A stretch of DNA of 64,000 nt from an uncultured Candidatus Saccharibacteria bacterium (GCA_964559765.1 CAZLHU010000001.1:9242-73241), one strand, 5' to 3'; positions 1 through 10,598 are shown, counted from the first letter of the stretch. Numbers and translations are program-made. The notes: generated by a model from the letters alone, not told the origin.

Positions 1-500
1 TTTATGTAACAAAGAGTAGCGTCAATTTGAAGAGGCATATTGTTGGCAAGACGCTTCTGGATTATTCCGGAAACTATGGCGCGATCGCTCTTGCTGTAAG
101 GTGTGCTTGTCGGCGCAGGCTTTATCTCACGCTCGATCAACGAGGCCACAATAAGCGTTTGTTGAATATTGGTATTCTCTGAAAAAAGAGGTGCCACCTT
201 CAAATTGAAGTTACTTATGAATTTTTGAAGAACTACGTCCGGCGACGACGACACGAAGAACTGATACGTATCCGGAAAAAGATATCCCTCGATGCCCGAT
301 GGCAGATCTTGACCGTTCAGAACTCCGACGTCGTTGAGTTTTTTATTTATCTCCGCAACCGTATATCCCTCTGGTATGGTCACAGTCACCTTAGGAACCA
401 ACATCACGCTGGGTTGACGATGCAGAATAAAAATAAATGTAAAAAGAACTATTAAGCCGATGAGCGCCGCGAAAACCACCCGAATTACCTTCCTCCGCAT
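1..500 (-). CDS. mltG: Endolytic transglycosylase MltG (runs off the window's left edge)
   Basis: Manual translation from ATG at 500: MRRKVIRVVFAALIGLIVLFTFIF...VTIPEGYT...EGYLFPDTYQF. N-terminal TM helix plus MltG motifs; abuts the rodA stop. Confidence 0.85.
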   Translation of the reverse strand, partial: MRRKVIRVVFAALIGLIVLFTFIFILHRQPSVMLVPKVTVTIPEGYTVAEINKKLNDVGVLNGQDLPSGIEGYLFPDTYQFFVSSSPDVVLQKFISNFNLKVAPLFSENTNIQQTLIVASLIEREIKPAPTSTPYSKSDRAIVSGIIQKRLANNMPLQIDATLCYI

Positions 501-1571
501 CTAAAAAGACGCCTCTTTGGCGATATTTTGAATAATACCGATAAGCAGGGCCACTGTCAACAAATTCGATCCTCCATAGCTAATCAGGGGCAAACCTATC
601 CCTATGACCGGCAAAAAGCCCATATTTGAGCCTATATTTATGACCAAGTGGGCCACAATGAATATGGCCGTGCCCAGACAAATGAAGCGCGAGAAGTTGT
701 TATTCGCGGCCATACCTATGACAAGGATCCTATAGATCATGACCATGAACACCGCTATGAGAAGCAATGCACCGAACACTCCCCACTCTTCAGTGAATGA
801 CGAGAATATGAAATCCGTCGATGCGGCCGGGAGGAAGCCCAACTGCACCTGAGTATCCTGACCGAAACCTTGGCCGAAGAACCCGCCCGACCCTATCGCT
901 ATCTTGGCCTGGATCACGTTGTAATTTATACCCAGCGTCTCATAGGACGGATTGAAAAGTCCTATTATCCTCTCCTTTTGATAGCCAGCCAAACCGAAAT
1001 GCCAAGCCCCCACTCCGATGGCGGCGAGCATCAGCATAAAAACTATCAGATACCTCCAAGGTATTTCACTTACAAGTAGGTAGCCGAACCAGATCGCGAA
1101 CAGGACAAGGGAAGTTCCCAAGTCTTTCTGCAACACCACGAAGATGAATGGCACCAAGAAGTATAGGAAGGAGGCGGCGATCGTTTTCCAACGAGCTATT
1201 GATACGTGACGTAGCGCAAAGAAGCCGGATAGTAAGATTATAAGGGCGGCCTTCATGAACTCCGAAGGCTGGATGAGAATCGGCCCTAGGACAATCCAGC
1301 TATGGTGGCCATTTCTCCCCGGAGCCACCAGATACGTGAGCGCAAGCAGGGCCAGCGCGCCAAGGTAGATACTAAGGATGACCCAGCGATAGCTGAATAT
1401 CGCCCGCAGATTGACGTATGGCAGTGCGAATATGACAGCGAGAGCGAGGGCTATCCAGATCAACTGTCTTATGAATAAAGTGTGGTCTATCGAGGCCAGC
1501 GTAATCAGTCCGGCGGTCAATAGGAACAGGACGGACCCAAGTAGCCAAGCGTCAATTTTGAGTGACTTCAT
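501..1571 (-). CDS. rodA: SEDS family peptidoglycan polymerase RodA/FtsW
   Basis: Multi-TM protein with IQPSEFMK, DLGT, IAIGSGG, TDFIFS and PLISYGGS motifs. Confidence 0.88.
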   Translation of the reverse strand: MKSLKIDAWLLGSVLFLLTAGLITLASIDHTLFIRQLIWIALALAVIFALPYVNLRAIFSYRWVILSIYLGALALLALTYLVAPGRNGHHSWIVLGPILIQPSEFMKAALIILLSGFFALRHVSIARWKTIAASFLYFLVPFIFVVLQKDLGTSLVLFAIWFGYLLVSEIPWRYLIVFMLMLAAIGVGAWHFGLAGYQKERIIGLFNPSYETLGINYNVIQAKIAIGSGGFFGQGFGQDTQVQLGFLPAASTDFIFSSFTEEWGVFGALLLIAVFMVMIYRILVIGMAANNNFSRFICLGTAIFIVAHLVINIGSNMGFLPVIGIGLPLISYGGSNLLTVALLIGIIQNIAKEASF

Positions 1572-2325
1572 AGAGTATCTGGGTCTTTGTTTTGTCCACG
1601 CTGTTTAATGTTCTGATGTCCATTGATGGGAAAAACACCTGGAAAGGCTCCTTGCTAAATGCCGGCACGCTGCCCACGTCCCTATCGGAAGCGCCTATGA
1701 TGTTGCCAGAATTATCGTAAAGGATCGCCGAAAGTTTCAAATCCGTAATATTGGAAGCGGTGTTATTGCTTATTGTCCCGCCCACATATCCCCCGCTCTG
1801 GGTAATGTCGGTGCTGGTGCCGCTGATTGAAAGATCGTATTGCACCACTTTGGCAGACGGCACCCAAGAGACATTGCTGGTCGTCAGGTTTATCGACCCG
1901 ATGTCGGCGGCGTTATCAGGAATGCCCGTAAGGACTATGTATCGAGAACCGTCTGGCGCGATCGAAGACGTGCCGTTAAATGCATCGATCTGTTCGCCAA
2001 GAATAACGCTGTCAACGACAACGTTGTAGGAAAAATCGGCGCCGTAGTCGCCGCTGTCGTCCTTAAAGGTCAGAAGGATCACAGACTGGTCTGTCCCGGC
2101 TTGCAACGGCATCGGCTTAACGGACGTGTCGATGCTTAGATTTTTCAAAGCGCACGGCACACAGGGTCCGCCGCAGTCTACCCCGGTCTCGCCTTGGTTC
2201 TGTATATTGTCGAAACACGTCGGCATTTTCCTGAACCATATGCCGTAGACGCCAAGAATAACCAACAGTGCTATTACTAGATAGACTGCTCCATATATAA
2301 GCTGTTTGGTGGTTCGGTTCATCAC
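1552..2325 (-). CDS. Membrane-anchored protein with a Cys-rich CFDNIQNQGETGVDCGGPC motif and a C-terminal FxLYD-like domain
   Basis: N-terminal TM helix; Cys motif; AILYD...GNIIGA near the C-terminus. Confidence 0.65.
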   Translation of the reverse strand: MMNRTTKQLIYGAVYLVIALLVILGVYGIWFRKMPTCFDNIQNQGETGVDCGGPCVPCALKNLSIDTSVKPMPLQAGTDQSVILLTFKDDSGDYGADFSYNVVVDSVILGEQIDAFNGTSSIAPDGSRYIVLTGIPDNAADIGSINLTTSNVSWVPSAKVVQYDLSISGTSTDITQSGGYVGGTISNNTASNITDLKLSAILYDNSGNIIGASDRDVGSVPAFSKEPFQVFFPSMDIRTLNSVDKTKTQILYEVTQN

Positions 2326-2351
2326 ATAGAGAATAACTCATTATCGGCTAT

Positions 2352-2379
2352 AAAAAAATCCGCCGTTAGGCGGACTTTT
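2352..2379 (-). terminator. Intrinsic terminator of the 23S-5S unit
   Basis: TCCGCC/GGCGGA stem followed by a T-run on the minus strand. Confidence 0.7.
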
Positions 2380-2394
2380 CGAATTGTTTTTAAA

Positions 2395-2503
2395 TGCCGG
2401 CAAAGCCTACTTTCGCCCCAAAGGACTATCATCGGCCCCGTACACTTTCACTTCTCTGTTCGGAATGGGAAGAGGTGGTACACATACGGGTAAATCACCG
2501 GCA
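2395..2503 (-). rRNA. rrf: 5S rRNA
   Basis: Terminal TGCCGG/CCGGCA helix; conserved CCCATTCCGAAC and GCCGATGATAGT segments; lies downstream of the 23S. Confidence 0.92.
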
Positions 2504-2854
2504 AAGGAAAATAACATAAATCGTATACAGTAAGCAAGTAGTAATGGGCCTTAAAATAGCCGGCTTCCAATTAAATTGTTCGACCTATTAGTACTCCTCG
2601 ACTAAAACCCTTACGGGCCTTACATCTAGAGCCTATCAACCTAGTCATCTTCTAGGGGTCTGCACATAGTCTTAGGCGGGGCTTCGCACTTAGATGCTTT
2701 CAGCGCTTATCCCACCCGAACATAGCTACCCGGCGATTCAATTGGTATCAAAGCCGGTAGACCAGAGGTTCGTTCAACCCGGTCCTCTCGTACTAGGGTC
2801 AACTTCCTTCAAGTGCTATTCGCCTGCAGCAGATAAAGACCAACCTGTCTCACG

Positions 2855-3170
2855 CATTTATTCAACTATTACTAATTGATTGGACTATACTATCACCCTC
2901 TTAACTTAAGAGGGGGTTGACGTGTTATGGAACCGAACTTCGGATTCCATCCGATCTCCGAAGAGATCAAGTCTCTAAGGGGTCACGCACAAATGTGCGG
3001 ACTTCCCTCGATATTATCCTAATAAACCAGGTTAGATTTTTTAGGACTCCACCGATATGAGTCAACTTTTTTGTTTGGTGCAACATGAAATTACTCTCAT
3101 GTGCCGCCGTGTTATGTCTCGTTCCTCGGGATTCAAACCGTTCAAACGTCGATCTTTCATCTACATCTGA
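2855..3170 (-). mobile_element. Group I intron (316 nt, no homing-endonuclease ORF) at 23S position L2593
   Basis: Interrupts ...AAACCGU|CGUGAGACAG; ends in G; P3 GUUGAC/GUCAAC; R-like UUAGAGACU; S-like AGUAUAGUCC; IGS CACGGCGG forms P1 (with U.G) and P10. Confidence 0.92.
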
Positions 3171-4612
3171 ACGGTTTGAACCCAGCTCACGTACCCTTTT
3201 AATTGGCGAACAGCCAAACGCTTGGGAGCTTCTCCACCCCCGCGCTAGGGCGAGCCGACATCGAGGTGCCGAGCGTGGTCGTCGATAGGGACTCTCGGAC
3301 CACACCAGCCTGTTATCCCCAGGGTAACTTTTGTCCGATATCTCCGGCCTTCCTATAAAGGATTAATTACTTGCGTAATTAATTTTTGCCGTCGGGTCGC
3401 TAACTTCTGCTTTCGCATCTGCTTGACTTGTCGGTCTCGCAGTTAAGCCGGCTTGTGCGTTTACACGACAGGGTCGATTTCCATCCGACCTTAGCCGACC
3501 TTAATAAACTCCTCCGTTACATTTTAGGAGGAAAACGCCCCATTTAAACTGCCCATCAGGCACTGTTCCCTAATGTTTTTGCCACTAAGGTTAGATACTA
3601 AAATTTTCAAAATGGCTGTTTCATTGTCGGATCCACGATGCCCGAAAGCACCGCTTCGAATCCTCACCACTACGCTACGTATGAAAGCTCTAGTATCAAT
3701 ACCAAACTACAGTAAAGCTCCTGGGGTCTTTTTGTCCCGCTGCAGGTATCCCGCGTCTTCACGGGAATCGCATTTTCACTGAGCTTGCCGCCGAGACAGT
3801 TCTCTGATCATTACACCATTCGTGCGCTTCGGAACTTACCCGAAAAGGAATTGCGCTACCTTAGAACGATTATAGTTATCGCTGACATTGACGAGGGCTT
3901 AACCCAGTGGGCACAAACTCGGTTTCCCGAACCTGCACTCCCAGGCTTGACCTTCTCGCATCGGTCAGGTGTCACCCCCTATACATCCTCTTACGAGTTC
4001 GCAGGGAGCTGTGTTTTTGTTAAACAGTTGCCAGAGAGACTTTCGCTGCGGCCCTTCTTGCGAAGGGCAGGCCTTATTGCGAACTTACGGCCGCTTTTTT
4101 GCCGAGTTCCTTGGCGGCAAATCACTCATACCCCTTGGGCTTCTCGCCCTATCCACCAGTGTCGGTTTACGGTACGGACCCGACTTTTAATTAACGCTTA
4201 GGAGATTTTCTAGGAAGGCTCTTCATCTAAATTGGCAGGGCAAAAACCCTACCTTTTCTCAACTCGCGAACATCGCCATTAAAGGCAGCTTCCCGGATTT
4301 ACCTAAGAAACTGTTCTCCAAGTCAAGAGCACCAAACCACTAAGATGTTTAAACTTATGTCCTTCGTCCCTCCATCGCCAAAAAGTCAGGGGGCAGGAAT
4401 ATTAACCTGCTTTCCATCAGCTGCGGCTTTCGCCATTGCCTTAGGGCCGCCTAACCCGCGGATGATTGCCATTGCCGCGGAGACCTTGGATTTTCGGGGC
4501 GTCGGTTTCCCACCGACGTAGCGGGTTACTCATACCAACATTCTCTCTTCCCAGCGCTCCAAAGGCCCTCGCGGATCCTTCTTCACTGCTGCTGGGAATG
4601 CTCTCCTACCAC

Positions 4613-4685
4613 GCGTGTGCACAACACACAACGAATCGTAACGTTAACCCATAACATTACGCCGCGCTGTGTGCTGAGCACACGC
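4613..4685 (-). other. Intervening sequence or expansion in 23S helix 45
   Basis: About 73-nt stem-loop closed by GCGTGTGC/GCACACGC where E. coli has a short hairpin of about 22 nt. Confidence 0.7.
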
Positions 4686-5386
4686 ATCCGTGTCTTCGGT
4701 ACTATGCTTAGCCCCGGTACATTTTCGGCGCCGCCGGCCGTCGAATAGTGAGTTGTTACACACTCTTTAAAGGATGGCTACCTCTGAGCCAACCTCCTAT
4801 CTGTCATCGGCAAACGACCACCTTTAACACTTAGCATAGATTTAGGGACCTTATACGACGGTCTGGGCTCTTCCCCTCGCGACCATGGAGCTTAGCCCCC
4901 ACAGTCTGACTGCCGAGTTTATACCTTCTGGTATTCGGAGTTTGATTGGCGGCGCGAGCTTTCGCCCTATCACCACCATCCAGTGCTCTACCTCCAAAAG
5001 GAAACACTCGACGCTATACGAAAATATATTTCGGAGAGAACCAGCTATTACCAAGCTCGATTAGCTTTTCACTTCTTACCCCAACTCATCCAAGGGTTTT
5101 GCACCACCCACTGGTTCGGACCTCCTCCACCTATTAAGGTGGGTTCATCCTGGTCAGGGTAAGCTCGCCTGGCTTCGGGTCTTACACGTGCCGCTGAATT
5201 CGCCCTTTTCAGACTAGCTTTCGCTGCGCCTCCGTTGCTCTAGCAACTTAGACTTGCGACACGAATAAACTCGTTGGCTCATTCTTCAATAGGCACCGCG
5301 TCACCCCGCAGACATCTTGCGACATCTACTTAGGGCCCCGCGTCCTGGTAGGCATATGGTTTCAGATCTATTTCACTCCCCTTGCC

Positions 5387-5432
<46 letters not shown>

Positions 5433-6048
5433 GCGATAAATATTTAGCCTTTCCTGATAGTTCAGGATGATTCCTACGAGGCTTTCGTTCCTCGAAGTAC
5501 TCAAGATTAAAAACAGAAAGGCGACTCGTTTTCGTCTACGGGACTATCACCCTCTATGGTCGAGCTTTCCAGCTCGTTCCACTAACGAATCACTTTGTAA
5601 CTTTCCTTTATTTATAAAGTCACTCACTGATTGCTCATCAAGTGACCTTATAAATAAAATGTTCTTATCTTACTACCCTCACCTTAACGATCCTTGCGGA
5701 CCGTTAAAACGAGTTTGGGCTGTTCCCTTTTTGCTCGCCGCTACTCGGGGAATCGTATTTTTTTATTTTCCTCCGCTTACTGAGATGTTTCACTTCAGCG
5801 GGTAAGCTAACCTGCCACTTATGTGCAGGCCAAATATGGGTTGACCATATTGAGTTTCCTCATTCGGAAATCCCCGGATCAAAGATTGCTACACATCTAC
5901 CCGAGGCTTATCGCAGTTACGCCGCGTCCTTCATCGCTTTATCGTGCCAAGGCATCCACCATACGCCCTTAAATTAATCAATTGGAAACCGACTATCTTA
6001 ATGCTCATTACATCAGACGGACAAGATTAATTCCGCCTGACTTTAAAA

Positions 6049-6080
6049 TGCTTACTTACCTGTATTACGATTTTATGTTG
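6049..6080 (-). promoter_or_regulatory. 5' arm of the 23S processing stem (partner at about 2513-2540)
   Basis: Imperfect inverted repeat flanking the 23S: caacataaaatcgtaatacaggtaagtaagc versus aacataaatcgtatacagtaagcaagt. Confidence 0.75.
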
Positions 6081-6195
6081 TTAATGTTCCGTCAGTACAG
6101 AAAAACCGCTCTGAGAGCGGCTTACTTGACTCACGTAAAACACGCTTTGCCTTCAGCCGCCGTAGAAATTAACCTCCTTAACCATTCGTGAGCAC

Positions 6196-6226
6196 ATTAT
6201 ACAGGAAGATGAGAGCCTCCTGTCAA
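6196..6226 (-). promoter_or_regulatory. Candidate sigma70 promoter of the 23S-5S unit
   Basis: TTGACA-N19-TATAAT; both boxes are consensus but the spacer is long. Confidence 0.6.
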
Positions 6227-6380
6227 GGAGGCCTTTATCCCCGCCTTACAAGGTGGCATAGACCTATTTAATTATAGTGGGCACTCCTTCGTGTATAGGA
6301 CCCTATTTTTTCATAAAAAGCGGCATGAATCCGCGTAACGGTGCCACATAAAACACGTTATGCAACTTAAATATAGGGCG

Positions 6381-7838
6381 TTAGTACGTTATATAGACAT
6401 AGGTTCCAGCTGTCCCCGTTGTCGTATTGGAATATGTGCCGGACGTCGAGGTCAAGGACCCTGACAGATATATAGAACCTGCGCCTCCGCCGCCTGGCTC
6501 GTTTCCGCCTGAGCAACTATAACCTGACATACAGTTGCCGCCGCCACCGCCGTTGCTGCCTCCTGCTGCTCCCGTACCAGCCGAGCCACCACCCGTACCG
6601 CCTCCGCCGCCGCCTGCGGTATTGAGACCGCTATTTGAACCAGTGCCTCCCACACCAGAGGGGCCTCCTCCTGTACCGCCGGTTCCATTTGCAGTCGTCC
6701 CATTGCCATTTGTTCCAGCAGTAGCAGTGCCGCCAGAAGTGTTGCCGGCTCCGCCTCCGCCAGCACCTCCAGTACCAGCCCCTGCAGACGAAGTACTTGC
6801 AGAACCTCCCACGCCACTTCCCAAAGAACCTCCAGCCCCGCCATTTTGTCCTTGTGCGCCACCGCCTGCGCCACCGCCGCCAAATCCAGCGCCACCGCCA
6901 GCACCGCCTGCGCCGCTAGCTCCAGAACCCGCACCACCGCCACCACCGGCCGCAACTAAAACAGGAAGGTTGGAGACCGCAGAAAAAGTATTATAAGTTC
7001 CTAACCATGAAGCATATCCTCCATTTCCTCCATTTCCATTACCCGTTCCACCCGAAATAAATCCGATATATAACGTACTTCCTGGGGTTACTCCCAAAGT
7101 TCCTGCCGCAATACTTCCGTTTCCGCCTGCGGCATAAGCCGTGGCGATTCCTGCGCTTCCATAGGCGGTGATGGTTATGCTCGTGATGCCGGAAGGGACC
7201 GTCCAGGATTGGACGGATCCGCTGTAGGCAATGGTGGAACTACCGTGGGTCACGGGGCCTCCGCTCAGGGAAACAAGAGAGGGGTTGGTGCCTGCGGCGA
7301 AGAGGGTCGATTGGGATTTGTATTTGGAAGACTCGGGGTTGGAAGATATTTGATACGATGTGCTATTGCAGGCGTATAGATAGTAGAGGCCTGAAGATAT
7401 GGAATTGGTGGGATCAATGGGGAGGTTAGGCAGAGGAGACCCCGTCGTGGAAGAGGCGAAGTTGATCGGTATCCAGCCTGTGCCGTTGATGTTCTTCAGG
7501 TTGGAAGGTGTCACGCAGGAATAGGTGTAGCCGCCGGGGGCCGCGGGAAGACCTAAATCTCCGCATGAAGTGGAAGAGGCGTCAGGTACGGAGACGTATA
7601 TGGTGTTTGGAGTATTGCAGAGAGGCACGTTGTACACCTGGGCCAAAGATATGGCCTTGCTTATCGTTCCCATGTCCGAGAGCCTGGTCGCATCGCGAGA
7701 CTGGGCCAGAAGCTCGACGGGATTCAGGATTACGGTTACGGCTGCGGCGAGTACGCCGAGGATCGCGACCACTATCAGGAGCTCTATCAGGGTGAAGGTT
7801 TTCTTATGGCCCGGTTTAGGGAGTGAAGAGCGGTTCAT
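6381..7838 (-). CDS. Type IV pilin-like protein with a C-terminal glycine-rich domain
   Basis: KKTFTLIELLIVVAILGVL N-terminus and LPIDPTN pilin core, then YSGSVQSWTVPSGITSITITAYG and long GGxGG runs. Confidence 0.85.
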   Translation of the reverse strand: MNRSSLPKPGHKKTFTLIELLIVVAILGVLAAAVTVILNPVELLAQSRDATRLSDMGTISKAISLAQVYNVPLCNTPNTIYVSVPDASSTSCGDLGLPAAPGGYTYSCVTPSNLKNINGTGWIPINFASSTTGSPLPNLPIDPTNSISSGLYYLYACNSTSYQISSNPESSKYKSQSTLFAAGTNPSLVSLSGGPVTHGSSTIAYSGSVQSWTVPSGITSITITAYGSAGIATAYAAGGNGSIAAGTLGVTPGSTLYIGFISGGTGNGNGGNGGYASWLGTYNTFSAVSNLPVLVAAGGGGGAGSGASGAGGAGGGAGFGGGGAGGGAQGQNGGAGGSLGSGVGGSASTSSAGAGTGGAGGGGAGNTSGGTATAGTNGNGTTANGTGGTGGGPSGVGGTGSNSGLNTAGGGGGGTGGGSAGTGAAGGSNGGGGGNCMSGYSCSGGNEPGGGGAGSIYLSGSLTSTSGTYSNTTTGTAGTYVYITY

Positions 7839-7907
7839 TCTTGGATGTAGAGGATAGAAGAATTATATATCTTTTGTTTATCCAATACATTTGAATGCCC
7901 GTAATAA

Positions 7908-8510
7908 TTATTTAGTTTTGCTTGAAGTCGCGGTAGTTACTGTACCGGCGGGAGTCAGGCAGATTTGAACCTTGACTATCGCCTGGGAAGACGGCACATA
8001 GCCTGTATCGCCATATGACTCGTCGAACTCGGGGCCAAGGGCGGTCTTAATGCACGCCTGAGTGGAAGAAGCTTCTCCGTCATACATAGCCTTAAACCCA
8101 CCTGCGTTTATCGGAGCTCCGCCGGGCACCTGCGCAATGGCTATCTCGTCGCCGGTCAGCGCTCCGTCGCAAGTGTAGCCGTATGTCCCAGGACCATACT
8201 GCAACGTTTTCACCGCGAGCTCGGTCACTCCGCCGGCGTGAACGGTTATCTCGCTGCCGCCGATCGATATCACATGGTCCGCATTGTCGTCGTTTTTGAA
8301 AACTAAAGTTTCTCCGTTTACCACCGCTGCATTCTGGGGAGAGATCGAACCGCAATTACTTATCGTCACCATGACCGCCGTCGCTCTGGCGGGACGATTC
8401 GCCTCGTAATAATAGAAGGCGCATATGCCGAGAGCGATAAGAACTATTGCCGCTATCAACCAAATATATAATTTATTTCTCTTGCCTTTGATCGGATTGG
8501 TCTCGTCCAT
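7908..8510 (-). CDS. Membrane-anchored cupredoxin-like protein
   Basis: TM helix; ISPQ...FKNDD..H...YGYTC pattern. Confidence 0.55.
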   Translation of the reverse strand: MDETNPIKGKRNKLYIWLIAAIVLIALGICAFYYYEANRPARATAVMVTISNCGSISPQNAAVVNGETLVFKNDDNADHVISIGGSEITVHAGGVTELAVKTLQYGPGTYGYTCDGALTGDEIAIAQVPGGAPINAGGFKAMYDGEASSTQACIKTALGPEFDESYGDTGYVPSSQAIVKVQICLTPAGTVTTATSSKTK

Positions 8511-8519
8511 GTTTATGAT

Positions 8520-8906
8520 TTATTTGTTTGTAACGACGATTTGATTTGCGGTGAGTTTGCCGTCGCAAATGTAACCGTACGGCCCGGCGCCATATGGAAA
8601 TACGGAACTTAGACTGGAGCTGGCCCCGGCCAGTACGTTTATGGAAACGCCGCCTATAAATATGATGTGGTTGGTCTCGTCGTCATTCTTAAAAATAATG
8701 GGCTGCCCTATGGCGACTGAAGTGCTTTGCGGCGAGATGGAACCGCAGTTTGCTATGTTGATATTCACCCCTTCTGCTGTCCGTCCCGTTAGATTGGGAT
8801 TAAGCCAAAAATATGCGGCGACGACCACAATCACGGCGACGATCGCTACCGATACGATCCAGATCATGTGTTTGTTCTTTTGAGTGTTTAATGCCTCGTT
8901 TTCCAT
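8520..8906 (-). CDS. Membrane-anchored cupredoxin-like protein, paralog of 7908-8510
   Basis: Shares NCGSISPQ, FKNDD..H and YGY.CDG.LT with its neighbour. Confidence 0.55.
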   Translation of the reverse strand: MENEALNTQKNKHMIWIVSVAIVAVIVVVAAYFWLNPNLTGRTAEGVNINIANCGSISPQSTSVAIGQPIIFKNDDETNHIIFIGGVSINVLAGASSSLSSVFPYGAGPYGYICDGKLTANQIVVTNK

Positions 8907-8910
8907 CTTG

Positions 8911-10581
8911 TTATGGTGTGACTGTTACCCCGCAGCTGCTTGTCGCGTCCTCTGTGCCGTCGCTGCTTACACAGTCGAGATTGTATTGATAGTACCCTGG
9001 CTCGACGTCGTAGAAGGTGTGCGATCCGCTGGCCGGCTGCGTGCCTGAGAAGCCCAGACCGTTCGAACCGCCGATATTTATGAAGTTCTCCGGGAGCTGC
9101 GATATAGGCAAAGAGTTCCATTGGGATTGGACCGCGCAATGATCGGCGTCCAGAGTGTTCCAGTCCAAACGATAGTCTGTCGGGGCTTTCAGCACGTCCG
9201 TCCCGTCACATTTAAGCTTGCCCGTTACGTATACCTTAGCTCCGGCCGCGGCAGTGATGCCATTTTGTTGCACCACGACCGTCGGGGTATGCGTTCCCGC
9301 CTGAGCATAGTTGCAGGTGAATGGCGTGGATGTTGTGGAGACAAGCTTGGTGCCAGAGTTGTTGAAGTTGATGAAGGAGCTGCTATCAATCGGTCCGTCG
9401 TTACCGTAGACGTAGGCGGCAGATGCGGGGTTGGCCCCAGCAATCAGATTCTGCTCCAACGGAAGATTCCCGTCGCATCTGAGTGACATATTCACCATGC
9501 CCCAGCTGCCGGTCGCAGGCATGATATTGGACACGTTGGCTTTAATACCTACGCCGTTCAATGGGGCTTCTCCGGTTGTGGGTACCACGCTTACCGTATC
9601 CGTGAGCTGTCCAGACGGGAGCAGGGTCACGGTCGCCCCTCCGTAAACGGTCCCGGAACTGCCCGACAAACCATCGGTGCTTACTTGAACTTGATAGACT
9701 CCGGGGCTTGTATAATCGCAGATTGGTCCGGTATTCAAAGCGTTGTAGACCCATTGGAATCCGCCACCTTGAGATACGTATTGCGAATTGTAATTGATGT
9801 CGGTTATATCGGTTGATCCCCCGGCATAACCGCTAATATTCTTCACCGGCGAGCCGTCGCCACAATCTACGTGATAAGTGAAGTAGCCCCCGACACTGAA
9901 ATCGCAATTCACGCCAGGCGGGCAGTACGCATTGGTCTGCCAGGACTGTATGGCGAAACCGACATTTTGCGGGGATTTGCCCACGTAGGGACTCTGGGTA
10001 TCGGGCCATACATTGACTACGTAATCCTTCGGCAGAATGGTGAATGACGGCAGAGTGAAATCGGCCTCGGCGGTTACAGGATTTGAGAAACATTCCTGGT
10101 TATTGTATCTACCCTCATTGACGCAACCTCCGGAACCAGTGCGAACCACATGAATGATCGGAGAATAAGTTCCGGCAACGGGAAAAGTGCACTGGACTGT
10201 ACCGGAGTTGCTTATGTATATGGGAGAGAAATTGAACGCATCTCCCAAATCTCCGGCCCCGGCCGAAACGGTTGGCCCGTAAGTGCCGCTGCCGTCGCAA
10301 TCCACCGAAATTTGATCGGTGCCCGGGAAGTTGCCGAAAACGCCCGGCCTTATACTGATCGTCACATTCGGCTCGTAAATCTGGTTCGAGCTGTACCACT
10401 CCGGATACGGCCAGGGGTAAACCTGCGTTTCGATTGAATATGCCGTATCGGGATACGACACATATATGGAACCCGTATCGGCGAGCGCGGCGGGCTTGGG
10501 CAGGAACGCGATAATCGCTAACGCGACTATCGGCCCTATCCATAATCTCGATATTAATTTCCCAATAATGTCTTTTTTCAT
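8911..10581 (-). CDS. Secreted protein with PKD/Ig-like repeats
   Basis: Signal peptide; three DC-x-G...C-x-Y/F-xx-P/A-G-x-Y/H units; C-terminal W..DA..C Ig-like unit. Confidence 0.7.
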   Translation of the reverse strand: MKKDIIGKLISRLWIGPIVALAIIAFLPKPAALADTGSIYVSYPDTAYSIETQVYPWPYPEWYSSNQIYEPNVTISIRPGVFGNFPGTDQISVDCDGSGTYGPTVSAGAGDLGDAFNFSPIYISNSGTVQCTFPVAGTYSPIIHVVRTGSGGCVNEGRYNNQECFSNPVTAEADFTLPSFTILPKDYVVNVWPDTQSPYVGKSPQNVGFAIQSWQTNAYCPPGVNCDFSVGGYFTYHVDCGDGSPVKNISGYAGGSTDITDINYNSQYVSQGGGFQWVYNALNTGPICDYTSPGVYQVQVSTDGLSGSSGTVYGGATVTLLPSGQLTDTVSVVPTTGEAPLNGVGIKANVSNIMPATGSWGMVNMSLRCDGNLPLEQNLIAGANPASAAYVYGNDGPIDSSSFINFNNSGTKLVSTTSTPFTCNYAQAGTHTPTVVVQQNGITAAAGAKVYVTGKLKCDGTDVLKAPTDYRLDWNTLDADHCAVQSQWNSLPISQLPENFINIGGSNGLGFSGTQPASGSHTFYDVEPGYYQYNLDCVSSDGTEDATSSCGVTVTP

Positions 10582-10598
10582 AATACGTTACCTAAATC

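Noticed and set aside
225-455. 76-aa plus-strand ORF
   Set aside because: It is antisense to mltG.
2967-3305. 112-aa ORF as an intron homing endonuclease
   Set aside because: It begins in the rRNA exon, has no LAGLIDADG, GIY-YIG or HNH motif, and runs over the ribozyme core.
6130-6192. Spacer tRNA remnant upstream of the 23S
   Set aside because: It has no TTC T-loop and no cloverleaf.
6535-6996. Proline-rich 153-aa ORF
   Set aside because: It is the antisense shadow of the Gly codons in the pilin gene.
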